A stretch of 63,986 nucleotides of DNA, filler included, from Kipferlia bialata (Eukaryota): the NCBI GenBank assembly GCA_003568945.1. It is 3 parts of 3 records of this genome, joined end to end, with 100 filler letters (N's around TTAATTAATTAA, not from the genome) between each part and the next. Parts side by side here need not be neighbours in the genome. Positions count along the whole stretch, not along the records: positions 1 to 29,585 come from BDIP01000135.1; positions 29,686 to 59,241 come from BDIP01000136.1; 1 more part is not named here. One strand, given 5' to 3'. Below are positions 26,601-39,600 of the stretch, piece by piece (the first letter of the stretch is position 1; the number at the start of each line of letters is the position of its first letter). The notes beneath the pieces were generated by a model. The model saw only the letters and a list, made by a program, of their open reading frames with translations, did no database searches and was not told the origin of the DNA. The position numbers and the translations under genes are program-made.

Positions 26601-29099
26601 AAGCCTAGAGGGATACTACCATATAAGGTAACAATATAGAGAGTAATGTATATACTATACATATACATATACATATATATATGTGTGTGCACCCTACCTG
26701 CACTGTGTGTGGAGATGGCCACTGCTTGGGTATATGTGAGACCCAAGGGTATACTACCATATAAGGTACCTCTTGCCCCTCTATATATGCAAACTATACA
26801 CGCACTGTGTGTGGAGATGGGTGTAGCATGGGTATATGTCAGACCAAAGGGTATACTGCCGTACAAGGTACGTATATTGTAAAGTACTTGTACTATATGA
26901 ATATGTATATGCCCTACCTGCACTGTGTGTGGAGATGGCCACTGCTTGGGTATATGTCAAGCCTAGAGGGAACACTGCCTTACAAGGTGACTCAATTTCT
27001 CTTATTATCTTACTACACCCACCAAGGTCAGTATTACTTACAAATTGACTCAATACATCTAGTATTGCTACTACAGAGAACATTTAAGTATCGTGCACTG
27101 ACTATTAGGTCCCTTACAAGCACTTCCTTTCCCTTGGTCTGGTCGTCATAATCAACAAACTTACAATATATACATTAAAAACATATACATTGTATATGTA
27201 ACTAGTACTTGTATATTCTAATTCTTAGGTCCCCTACAAGCACCTCTTCTCCTTTGGCCTTGGGGGTGCCATGGGGGCATACAATATATACATATATACA
27301 TATATATATATATACATATATATGTCATCTATATATATATACTAGTACATAACCTTCAGGTCCCCTACAAGCACCTCTTCTCCTTCGGTCTGGGTGGAGC
27401 CATGGGTGCATACAGGCACTACAACACAGTGGCAAGTAAGGCAGAGAGAGAGAAAGCGCAAGTGGTAGAGAGTGTGCCTGAGGATTGCAATACCACCCTT
27501 AACCCGACACCATCTGTCCTTCGGTGTCTGTGGGACACACTCATGTGCATAGTCTGGGTATCAGTGCTAGTCTCTATACCCTTCCTAGCATACACTGAGC
27601 GCACTAACGGTACATCAGTGCCATACCTGGTGTCTCTACTAGGGGTGGGCCCAGTGTGTGCCATACTCTATCTAGTGCTCCTGCACCTGTTCCTCCACAC
27701 TAGGCACCTGCAGCCCATGCGGTATGCACTGTCACTCTCACAGTGGGTGGCCAAGGTAACATTTCTCTCTCTCTCTCTCTACATCCTCTCTCATCCACCG
27801 TACCATATACAGCTGTATATATATATCTGTCTACACTCATGTTCCTCACAGTGGGTGGCCAAGGTATCATACCTTTCTCATTCTCTCTACACCCCCTTTC
27901 ACCCTCTTTCTAGTTCTTCCGCGTTGTATTTCCCTCTCCACCTTGCCTCTCTCGCTACATCCCTATTCCCAAGGTCGCCGCGTTGTCGTTCCCTCTGTAC
28001 CTTGTGTACCTTTCTTTCTCTCTCTCTCTCTCTCTCTATCTACACCCTTACTATTAGGTTGCCGCTCTCTCTTTCCCTCTGTACCTTGTGCACTGGGAGC
28101 TACCCCTTGCTGACCCTGGCATCGATAGTGACACTGGCATACAGTGGAGACCACTGCTTGATGTATCCATAGTATTAGGTATGTATATGTATGCATGTGT
28201 ATTCTTATAGAGAGAGAGGGAGTGAGAGAGACTTTCTGAGGGACACTGACATACAGTGACCACTTTTGGAGTATCCGTTGTGCTAGGTATATATGTATAT
28301 ATGAATGTGTGTTTATATATTGGCAGATAGGGAAAGGGAGTGACCCTGGCGTCCAGTGGAGGCCCTTACTCGATATCTCAATAGTCCTAGGTAGGTTTCA
28401 ACTAATATGAATGATAGGAAGTGAGTATTGTCTGTGTTGAACCCCCAACTGCAGGCGGACTCGCCCTAGAGATACGCTTTGTCACCTTCTTCTGGGGTCT
28501 GATTAATCTAAATACTCATAATGTGGCATTGTTTTCCATTACGGTATAGTATAATATTATTATACATTGCTAATGATAGGTGGACTCGCCCTTGAGATAC
28601 GCTTTGTCACCTTCTTCTGGGGTCTGCTCAGCCGGACACTTGGACACCACATCAAATTGAAGGTAATATTAGGTCACGTATCAGTATATATGAAATATAT
28701 TTTGAATGTATATGTATTGGTCGGCCGCACGCTTGGTCACCACATCAAACTGAAGGTAGAATTAGGTTAAGTATCAGTGTATATGTAGTATATATCGGTA
28801 GTATATTCTATCGGTACCAGTTTAATGAACAATTATTCTTGTTTAGGTAACAATATATACGTGTACTATAACGTCCCACAATGTATAGTATACATACTAT
28901 ATACACTTATTGGTCAGCCGCACTCTTGGACACCTTATTAAGTTTAAGGTATGAGATTGATGATATTAGTCGACTATTTAGCATCACTCACTTGTTCTCT
29001 TCAGTGAAACTATGTAGTAATCGCTTCTGATAACAGGTCAATATGCCGGAGTATTGCCCTCCAGAGACCGCGAAACCATCCAAGCACAGTGTCGTCTAA
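23196..29099 (+). CDS. Acyltransferase-3 (OafA/Acyl_transf_3-like) membrane protein; 5' end in or before the gap
   Basis: Spliced reading gives QFIRFMLVLFIVYHHS (R..H helix 1), IVIEAFLLLTGYLL (F.LSG motif), QRLFRLW, TWYLGMDM, KHLFSFGLGGAMG and LSFPLYLVHW (SY.LYL.H motif). Several hydrophobic helices; TAA at 29097-29099. Confidence 0.8.
24977..25688 (+). repeat. Exon-echo cluster: three acceptor-side and two donor-side partial copies around exon 25320-25425
   Basis: NGD.IL.WQFW.AI.GAD copies at 24977, 25085 and 25198. DV..SRTWYLGMDMLNTM+GT copies at 25507 and 25635. Confidence 0.95.
26202..26986 (+). repeat. Stack of seven donor-side exon echoes (PALCVEM..AWVYV.P.G.LPYK+GT)
   Basis: Seven ~70-85 nt copies of the 3' half of exon 26035-26165, each ending AAG|GT and separated by dissimilar AT-rich spacers. 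Confidence 0.95.
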
Positions 29100-29171
29100 C
29101 TCCATGAGAGTCAGAGTCTCATACTATAATACTATTGAGGATCTTGACAGAGAATGGAATCGTTCTGTTCT

Positions 29172-29585
29172 TCAACAGACACTTCTTGTAGTATTGGCAA
29201 TACATATGTTATTGTTTGAGGGTAGGCACTCGTTGTTGCAAATGCGTTCGGATTGAGAGTCAAGAGTTTCATCACAGATGTTTCGGCTGACAGATAACAA
29301 GTGCAGAATAACTGATTGTAACACTAACTGAATCATTGGTGGGCCTGATTCGGCGATATGATTTCCCGTTATGTCCCACTCTTCAGCAGTCAGTACACGA
29401 CTCAGCATTAGGAATACCCCAAAGGCCACTGCAGCTCTTTTCCAGTCCAGTTTACTATTGGTATCCTCTGGGCCAGAGGCTCTGGCTCTTGGTTTTCTGT
29501 AGTCATAGAAACATCTCCCATCAGGGGTGTCAGAATGGATCCAGTCTGGACTGAAGCCAAACTGGATCGCCCAATCCAGAACTGG
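29172..29585 (-). CDS. 3' end of an unknown ORF truncated by the contig edge
   Basis: Frame open from the contig end (PVLDWAIQFGFSPDW...) to the stop at 29172; no motif recognised. Confidence 0.35.
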   Translation of the reverse strand, partial: PVLDWAIQFGFSPDWIHSDTPDGRCFYDYRKPRARASGPEDTNSKLDWKRAAVAFGVFLMLSRVLTAEEWDITGNHIAESGPPMIQLVLQSVILHLLSVSRNICDETLDSQSERICNNECLPSNNNICIANTTRSVC

Positions 29586-29685
29586 NNNNNNNNNNNNNNN
29601 NNNNNNNNNNNNNNNNNNNNNNNNNNNNNTTAATTAATTAANNNNNNNNNNNNNNNNNNNNNNNNNNNNNNNNNNNNNNNNNNNN
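29586..29685. other. Artificial contig-joining linker (N + TTAATTAATTAA + N)
   Basis: Six-frame stop spacer at 29630-29641 inside a 100-nt N block; the same structure recurs at 59242-59341. Confidence 0.95.
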
Positions 29686-29743
<58 letters not shown>

Positions 29744-29754
29744 CTGACTCCCAG

Positions 29755-30930
29755 GTAGGGAGGGTCTTATTGACACTGCCGTTAAGACTGCCACCTCTGG
29801 ATACTTCCAGAGATGTGTGACTAAGGTATGCATCATCTATCCATATATAGTTGTATATATACGTATATTTATTAGTACATACTTACCCCCAGGGCATTGA
29901 GTCTGCCGTTGTTGCCTATGACGGCTCTATATATAGTTATATATATATATACGTATGTCAATTAGATTACATATTTACCCCCAGGGCATTGAGTCTGCTG
30001 TCGTTGCCTATGACGGCTCTGTCCGTAACGACGATGGCTCTATCCTACAGTTCCTGTACGGAGGAGACGGCCTGGATGTGTCCAAGACATCCCTCCTCCA
30101 CGACATGCGCTTTGCAGCTGAGAACTACCAGGGCCTCATTGCCAGGTATAGATATATATATATTATTCTTTATATATATAATGTGTTTATGCTTATGCTA
30201 TGTGTATACTTACCCCCAGGCACATGCCCCCTGCCCACCAGATCGGTCTCCTCAACGGCAAGCTGAGCAAGGACACCACTCTGCCCCCCCAGGTACTCTT
30301 TCTCTCTCTCTCTCTCTCTCGTCATCTATGGTTGATTAATATGTGACTCACCCCCAGTACACTAACAGCCCCTACACCTGCATGGGAGCCGTGTCCGAGG
30401 CATACACCGCCAAGGTAATCTCTCTCTCTCTCTCTGCTTGTGTATGCCTATTAGTATATACATATTTGTCTCTAAATACACCTCACCCCTCAGGTCACTG
30501 AGTTCATGTCCAAGGCCTCCATCAAGAAGGATGCCGATACCGGTATCATCGCCAAGAAGGTATATAACCCTATATTTATCATTTATATATCAGTATATCA
30601 TCTGATATTTATCATTTATATATGTATATGTGTGTATATATATAGTGTTATGTACTGACTCCCCAGGGCCAGGAGCACAAGTTCGGCAGGCCCACTCTGT
30701 CCAAGAACGAGTTCAAGGCTCTCGCAAACCTGAGGTAACACAGCTGCATGTCACACAACATGTTCTCTCAATTCTCCTAACATGCTCTATAGTCTTATCC
30801 CCCAGGTACATGCGTGCCCTTGTCGAGCCCGGTGAGTCTGTGGGTGTGGTTGCCGCCCAGGGTATCGGAGAGCCCTCCACCCAGATGACACTGTACGTAT
30901 ATTTGTATTATAAGTATATACATATCCCTA

Positions 30931-30975
<45 letters not shown>

Positions 30976-31793
30976 ACCCCCTTATCTCAGGAACACATTC
31001 CACCTTGCCGGTCACGGTGCCGCCAATGTCACTCTGGGTATCCCTAGGCTCAGAGAGATTGTCATGACTGCCACCCGTGCCCCCAAGAGCCCCCTCATGA
31101 CACTGTACCCTCCTGTCGGGTGCAAGAACCCCATCCAGGTACAGTGTGTATATATATGTGTGTGCCTCAGTATGTGTGATGTAATAGTGCCTAACTGTCA
31201 GGTCCTGACCAAGCTGGGTGCCGCCCTTCGCCGTGTGCCCCTGGCCTCTCTCGTGTCCAGGTACAGTATAGTATAGCATAGGCCATGTAGCCCCCAACAT
31301 ATCTATGTACAGTATGCATTGTACCTTACCGCCAGGATCGGCATTGAGGAGAACGTCGTCATGGCTGGAAGGCAGTACAAGATCAGGCTCACCATCCCAG
31401 GTACACACTTATCTCTCTCTCTCTCTCGCTCTCTCTCTATAGAGACTATGAAATAGTCTGGTTCCCTTCTACATTTACCTCCAGGCTTTGTCGACAAGCT
31501 GCGTGACTTCGGTTGCACCGTTGACCAGGTAGGAGATGTCTGAACTATTATATAATTATTATATACATATATACTATACTCCATTGATACTCTCTTGATA
31601 CATCTGGGTCAGGAACTGTTCCTCTAGTCTTTGTCATATCTGTGTAATGATACAACTTCTGACCCCCAGGTCAGGAAGTGTGTCCTTGGCGCCTTCTGTG
31701 TCAAGCTTGACCAGATCATATCCAGGTCTCTCCACAAGGCCAGGTCCTCCGCCCTAGACGGCGCCATCACTGCAGGTAACCACAACCATTACC

Positions 31794-31835
<42 letters not shown>

Positions 31836-33374
31836 ATCTCTCTCTCTCTCTCTCTCTCCCTCTACACCCTTAACATCCAGGTGTGCAGATGCCGGATGTC
31901 TCTGCCGAGGCCGAGGCTGACTCTGGCGATGAGGAGCCAGTGACTGAGGAGACACCCGCCAAGAAGGCTGCTGTGGAGGACGACGAGGTACCTACAGTAA
32001 CACTCCATACTGTCTGGACTGTCTACACGTTGCTGTGTGTTGTTGTGACATGTTGTACTTACTCTCAGGAGGCCGAGGAGGAGGAGGACGAGGAGGAGGA
32101 GACTGGCTTCAAGGCCGAGGCCCTCGAGCTCAACGCAGAGGACATCATCCACCAGTGGTGCTCACACCTCTCCCAGGTACATATATACATACAGACATCT
32201 CTCGATAGATACTAACATGTATTGGTATAGTTTGTCTTACCCCAGGACCTCAAGATCCAGTTGGCCAGGGTCCAGAAGCACACATTCGTGTCTTCCATCT
32301 CATTCTCGTACGTCTGGATGTTACTCTCTTCTTCGAGATATACTAGTATACATGTAGTGGATGTATGTGCTTATCTGACCCTTCAGTATGGCTGAGAACG
32401 GTGTCGACGCCATCGCTTCTGTCTCCGCCATCCTCGGACTCAACGACAAGGTAACCGCGTAGTTTCCTATCATGTATCGCGTAAGTATGTAGACCTCTCA
32501 CTTTCAGGTCCTCATGGCTGCCAACGCTGAGGCTGCCGCAAGGCACGTGCTCGTCAAGGAGGTCCCAGGTATACATATGTGTTCCGATAAATATGTGTAT
32601 AATTAGTATATGTGGAATGTATATGAAGTATACTTATATCCAGGCATCTCTGCCTGTTACATGATGGAGAGGCCAGGCGAGGAGGCCTGCATGCAGACAT
32701 CTGGGTGCAACCTGGCTGCTGTCTTCTCCCTCCCAGGGGACCTGCTCGACCACAACAGGTATGCACATATATATGTGTATACTACTATCTATATACTACC
32801 AGCTGTATATATTCGTGATCTCTGACTCCCTAGGATCCAGACCAACCACGTTGCCGAGGTGCTGCGTGTGTTTGGAGCAGAGGCCGCATTCCAGGTACAT
32901 ACAGTGCATATGTTATTAATATTAATTATAGTGTGTAGTAGTGGTAATATACACCATCTCACCGCCAGGCCATTGTCAACGAGGTCTCTGGCGTGTTCGG
33001 TGTCTATGGTATCGACGTGAACGAGAGGCACCTCTCCCTCATCGCTGACACCATGACACACAACGGAGCTTACCAGGTATCAGTATACTATCTCTCACAC
33101 ACACACTCTACCAGGTATACTTACAACACTTTCTCTCTCTCTTGCGCCTTGTTTCTCCCTCTCTCACCCCCAGGGTATGTCCAGGCTCTCCATGCCCACC
33201 GCCACTCTCTCCCCCCTCCTCCGTGCATCCTTTGAGACATCCACCAAGTTCCTCTTCAACGCTGCTCTCTTCGGCGAGGTTGATAGCATGACGTCCCCCG
33301 CTGCTTCCATTGCATTCGGTGCACTTGCCAAGCACGGAACCGGCAAGTTCGACCTCCTGCAGAAGCTCGGATAG
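29755..33374 (+). CDS. RPA1: DNA-directed RNA polymerase I largest subunit, C-terminal part
   Basis: Bridge helix [32 protein letters not shown], Pol I-type trigger loop [31 protein letters not shown], an acidic expander-like insert, [26 protein letters not shown] and GTGKFDLL. No CTD repeats; TAG at 33372-33374. Confidence 0.95.
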
Positions 33375-33691
33375 ATCTAAAGGAACTATAGGGACTATAT
33401 AGGAGTTCCGGAAGCTTTAGATGGTAGGAGTACACGTGAATGTGTGACGACGTGTGACATGGGTTTAGTGTTGTACCCACCTCTTGTGTGTATGGGTACA
33501 GTACGTGTGGGTAGTGAGTGTGTCTCTCCGTTTAGTGTAGTGTCACAAGAGAGTTTATGAGAGGGTTCAGACTGTTCCAATAGGACAGAGAGCTGTATTT
33601 TTGCATATTATATCGTGCCGGAATAGATTGTTGAAGTGAGTTTGTTACTGCAGTGTTCAAAAACGACTTATTGTCTATTGCTAGCCACTGT

Positions 33692-36600
33692 CTATGCATA
33701 GTCCTCTGCAAACTCACTGAATGCATTGACGTGTGTGGTGACTGCCTTGGCCAATGCTTCACAGCCCAGGCAGGAGAGATGGTCCCTGGGATAAGAAGGG
33801 TTACGGTACAACAATACTATAAGGAATAGTATCGCACTGTCAGTCCAAGTAAGAAAGCATGTATATATGTGAAATAATACAAATATGACTGTACCTCAGT
33901 CTCTTGAGTACCCCATGTTGGAACCTTCTGGTCTCGCCCTCCTTATCTCTGGGGGTGAGACAATAAATAGAATCACTATATGTTTATGTATATTCGAATA
34001 CATGGGTGTGAGGGTATGGTAAACTGTTGTAAACAGTTGAAGTGCCACAGAGCCATGCTAGGCCAAGGTCGCATGTGGTGTGTTACAATATATGAAAGAA
34101 CACACTCTGGAATACATCAATAGGCCTATGCCTACCTCGGTCTATACCCCATCTCTGCCCCCTTGAGTCTCTGGGCAATCTCGGCAGCGAGGTCTGGGTG
34201 GTCAGATTGACATAGCGAGAGTCAGATTGATATATGTAGTAATAAATCTACTCAAAAATACAAATGCTCTGTCTACCTTCTCATGTATACGTGTGACTGT
34301 GAATGACATCAATACATATTTATACCTTTGGGACCAGTCCCTGTGGGTATGGGTACTCTCCCTGTCAGCACACCCACACATAAACATAGGGAGATAAATG
34401 TATATACATTTATATATACTATATATATATACTAATACATATACCTTTATGGTCTGTCCCAGCTGGTATGGGCACCCCCTCTCTCTCTCTCTCTGTCTCT
34501 CTCTCTATACATATATACTAATACACACATATATATATAATGAACATCATACCTTTATGGCCTGTCCCAGCTGGTGTGGGCACCCTCTCGGTCTGTCTCT
34601 CTCTCTCTCTATATATATACTATATTTCAGTTATGTATATGTATATATATGATACATACCTATATGATCTGTCCCAGCTGGTATGGGCACCCTCACTCTG
34701 TCTCTCTCTCTCTCTCTATATATATATACTAATACACACAAATACTATATAATATTACCCTTATGGTCTGTCCCAGCTGGTATGGGCACCCTCTCTCTCT
34801 CTCTCTCTCTCACTATNNNNNNNNNNNNNNNNNNNNNNNNNNNNNNNNNNNNNNNNNNNNNNNNNNNNNNNNNNNNNNNNNNNNNNNNNNNNNNNNNNNN
34901 NNATATATACCTATATGGTCTGTCCCAGCTGGTATGGGCACCCTCTCTCTCTCTCTCATTCTCTCTCTCTCTCTCTCTATATATATACTTTATGTCAGTT
35001 ATATATATATATATATGATACACACCCTTGTGGTCACTCCCAGCTGGTATGGGCACCCTCTCTGTCAGTATGCACAGTATAGTCTCTGTCACAATGTCAT
35101 CACTGGTGTCGGCCATCACTACACCACGAAGGGTGTCTAGCTCAGACCTAAGGGTGAGCAAGTATACATAGCATGTAGAGTAAATACATATAGTGTATGA
35201 CTGTGTACATACATATATATATTATATATATATATATATACTATAATAGTAATTAGTGTCTGCCATCACCACATCCCCGAGTGTGTCTAGCTCTGACCTG
35301 GTATAAGAATGAGGTATGTATATATATGTATATATAATGAATTCACTCTTCTATTCTTCTGCACACTATTCTAAACACTCTATACCTTGACACTTGTGCC
35401 AGGTCGTGTCAAATGTGACTGCCCAGAGTATAATAGTCTCTATAATACATAATACATATATAATACATGCACTATTGTATACCCAATTATATACCCTATT
35501 CTACACACACCTTGTCACGTGTGCCAGGTCGTGTCTGATGTGACTGGCCAGGGTCACTGCCAGCCTCTGGGCAAGTTCATACCCGCCCATCACACACCTG
35601 GGATAAGGTATATATACATGTGTATATACTATTCATATCTGTAGAATACCCTTCTATTACGTACCCGCTCTCCATTTCCTCTTCCTCAGGGGGGGTCATG
35701 GACTCATACGCAGCAAAGACCTAGGATGAGTGGATGTCACATAGAGAGAGAGCAAACACCTAGATACACATAGGTATATATAGAAATATACACTATTATC
35801 TATCTGGTGGCGCCATGGCCTCATACGCAGCAAAGACCTGAGTTAGACAAATAGACAGATAGATACATATGCAGATGCAGATACACGTATAATTGTATAT
35901 ATACAGAGAGAGAGAGATTTTCACTATTCTCTATCAGGGGAGTCCATGGCCTCACCTAGTGTGGGTGTATGTCTTATATGCAAAGACCTAGTGTGAGGGT
36001 ATGTCATAGCTATACTTCACAAGTGAGTACCCACTATCTACTATAGTATACTACGGACACTCCTGCCCCCATACTAACACTCAACATCGTAAACATGAAG
36101 TGTGAGTGGATTTCATATACCTATACTTGATAAGGAGTACCCACTACACCATATACTATCTACATCATTATACTTAGAACACACCTGATTGAGTAAGAAT
36201 GGCCCCAGCTCCCCATACTCCCTCCCATACTCGATGTACGTGAGGTTGATAGCTGGGAAGCGTGTCCTCAGTCTATCCACAGTGGCCCTGAGACTAGGGT
36301 CCACTGAGGGGTCTAGGCCTAATACATAGTGCTGCTGCGTAGCTGTGGTGCTATTGAGCCTATCAGAGTTAGTCACGGTAGGTCAAGAGAGTCAATGATA
36401 GTCAATATACCTGTCAAAGAGAGAGAGGAAGTGAGGGTCCTCGAGTGTTCCGTTGCATCCTACAAACACTAGGGACTGCATACAATCACTAGTGGAGTCT
36501 GATGAATGTCCAGAGAGTAGACATGGGGATGTGTGTCCGGGTCTGGCTCTCTTGGGGGGGACGAAGGTGGAGAGGAACTGGGCGTGGCCTAGCAGTAAGA

Positions 36601-39600
36601 GTAAGGGAATGTATAGACATATTATTCGTACCCATAGTGATGCCCAATATGGGTAATAGAGGTGTCTAGGAACTAAGTATGGCCTAAGGGTGAGTGCAGT
36701 AATACTACGATTGTACGAAACAGTGCAGAAATGCCACAGGAACACACCTGAGCAGTAGCTGCGGTATGTGAGTGGGTATGTCACACCACTTGTGACACCG
36801 TGTAGGTGCACTACATCCATGAGGGCACACACACCAGACAGGTCAGACCCTACATCCGAAGGGAGACGTGTGGATGACTTGAGGACTGTCTCAACGACTC
36901 TGTCATAGTTGACGGTGGTGCAGACGGCCTAAGGTTAAACAAGTACTGATACACATTATACATATACAGCATACATAGTATATGGTATACACTACATATA
37001 CTATCTCCACCACTCTGTCATAGTTGACGGTGGTGCAGGCGGCCTGGGGTTAGATAAAGAAACAATAGGACTATATTATACTACACTAAATCAATATACT
37101 ATATCATACTTAACTACCATATCAAACAATCAGATTGTAATAGAGAATCAATACATCACTGTCCATATGCACATGTCAATCAATAACACATACCTTGGGG
37201 AATGATGCCATTGCATTAATGGCACTGCGCAGTGTGATGCATGCATTGCTGACAGGGATCTTGAGCCTCATGCGGTCGACAACGGACTCGAGGTACCTGG
37301 AATCAGTATAGTAGTAATGACAGTATTGTAGTAATGTTGTAAACAGAATGCATTAATTCTATAATGGGAGATACTCGGGGTGTGTATATAGTACACACCA
37401 CGTGTCACTGAGAATCCCCGTGGCCATGGCCATCTCCACCTATATGTAGTAATATATACACAGTATATATCCTTCTGGTATCTATATATATGTATATATA
37501 TATATATATATATGTTTGCTAATACCTTGTGTCACTGAGCATCCCCGTGGCCATGGCCATCTCCACCACCCGGGACCTGGCATGCACAACCTAAGGTGAG
37601 TATACAGTACATAATGCATATACGATATTAAGTAGATAGTTTATATAATAGGGTACTATATATATACAGTGTACTAATATCTCCACCACCCTGGACCTGG
37701 CATCCACAACCTGGGGGGAGTACACATATGTATATGTAGTAACAACACATTGGGATGAGTATACATATGTATCAGAGACACAACATATAGACACGCTAGA
37801 CATATGTTTATACCTCCTTGTCCATCATGTCCAGTGTGCATGGCAGGGGCAGGGGGCCAGGTCTGGTATCCAAGGCAGAGAGGAGAAGCCTGCTATCAGT
37901 ACCCAGTAACTAAGCACAGGTTATGGTATGTATATCGACAGGAGGAGTCTGGTAATTAGAGACAACTAGGTAGATAGGTGTCATAATAATACATGGAGGT
38001 AAAGTACACCATCAGCCCCGGTTCCCACCGCCCAGTACTCTGGGGTGTTATCATGCCTTAATACCAACAATATATATATATACAAATATATATACATAGA
38101 ACGAGGGTATCTATACTCATAGTATACCTAGCCTCTGTCCCTATTGCCCTGTACTCAGGTATGGTGCCATCCCTCAATGATATACTATATATATATATAT
38201 ATTCTTTTTACTATATACTATCAATACTCATTACTTAGCCTCTGTCCCCACTGTCCTGTACTCAGGTGTTGTGCCATTTCTCAATACCCTCTCTCATTCT
38301 ATATATATACACTATATATAGATATACTATATACCTAGCCTCTGCGCCCACTGCCCTGTACTCAGGTGTTGTGCCAGCTGGTATCCTGGTGAAGTCACCC
38401 AGTCTGTCCTTGACCTGGGATGAGTATGGTACATATGTACACACATGCACACACATATACATGAATATATAAAACTATCTGTGTCGTGGTAGAGTCACCC
38501 AGTCTGTCCTTGACCTGGGGGTCAGTGAAGGCATATATGGACATATATCAATGTATAATACACAGGCATATATGACTGCGCCAAAAATTATACAACCAGA
38601 CCCATAGAGTTGCGGTACCTGATACAGCATGTAGTCATCCTTGCTGTCCAGGGCCAGTATCATTTAGCAGATAGTGGATATAGTGTATATAGTATATTGT
38701 ATATATATATTCGTATCCATACCTGGTATAGCATGTAGTCATCCTTGCTGTCCAGGGCCAGTATCAGGGCCACCACAGTCTGTCTGTAGGCTAGGAGGAC
38801 CTAGAAAGTGAGATATACTATGAATTCTATACAAATAATTCAACTACATACTATACACATTCTGTATACTTTACACAGTCTGTCTATAGGCTAGGAGGAC
38901 CTGGAGGGTGAGTATAGCTCACACATCTTGGTAGAGTATCCTCAACAATAATGAATAGTTACATACATTGCCAGTAACTGTTATATACTCAATAATAGTA
39001 AAAACATTGCATCCATCTGTGTCCCGGTTGAAAACATTGAATATACAGCAGTTGACGAACTACTCTAATTTGTGTAGGATATTATGGTGTATTACCAGTG
39101 ACACTGCGTCCATCTGTGTCCCGTCCACTGTCTCAGTGACAGCTGCCTCCAGAATGGACTTGGCAACCTATGGGGTTAGGATAGGTATATAACCCAGATA
39201 TATAGACACACATATATATACATACACTATAGTAGTACATGTAATAGCTGCCTCCAGCATGGACTTTGACACCTAAGGTCAGACAAATAGATGTATATTA
39301 CAGTAGGTATATATCCACAGAAAGAGAGAGAGAGAGGTAATATATGACAGAGCTGCCTCCAACATGGACTTGGCAACCTAGAGGGTTAGAATAGAGATAC
39401 ATATATGGACTTGGCGACCTGGGGGGTAAGATAAGGAAAGATAGATCGGTAGAGCGGTGTATAGATATGCATATTTATATATATATCTCACAGCTGCCTC
39501 CAGCATGGACTTGGCGACCTAGTGGGTTAGATAGGGATAGACATATATATATGGATAGACAGAAATGCTGATACATATATCAACGGTGTTTGCCTCCCGC

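Noticed and set aside
26202..26986. Repeat-spacer pattern resembling a CRISPR array (also 39245-39724)
   Set aside because: The repeats are degenerate exon fragments with splice sites, spacers are low-complexity and variable in length, the context is eukaryotic and no cas genes are present.
29586..29685. TTAATTAATTAA palindrome within Ns, repeated at 59286
   Set aside because: Artificial six-frame-stop linker between contigs, so neighbourhood across it has no biological meaning. It also explains the truncated RPA1 and TBCD.
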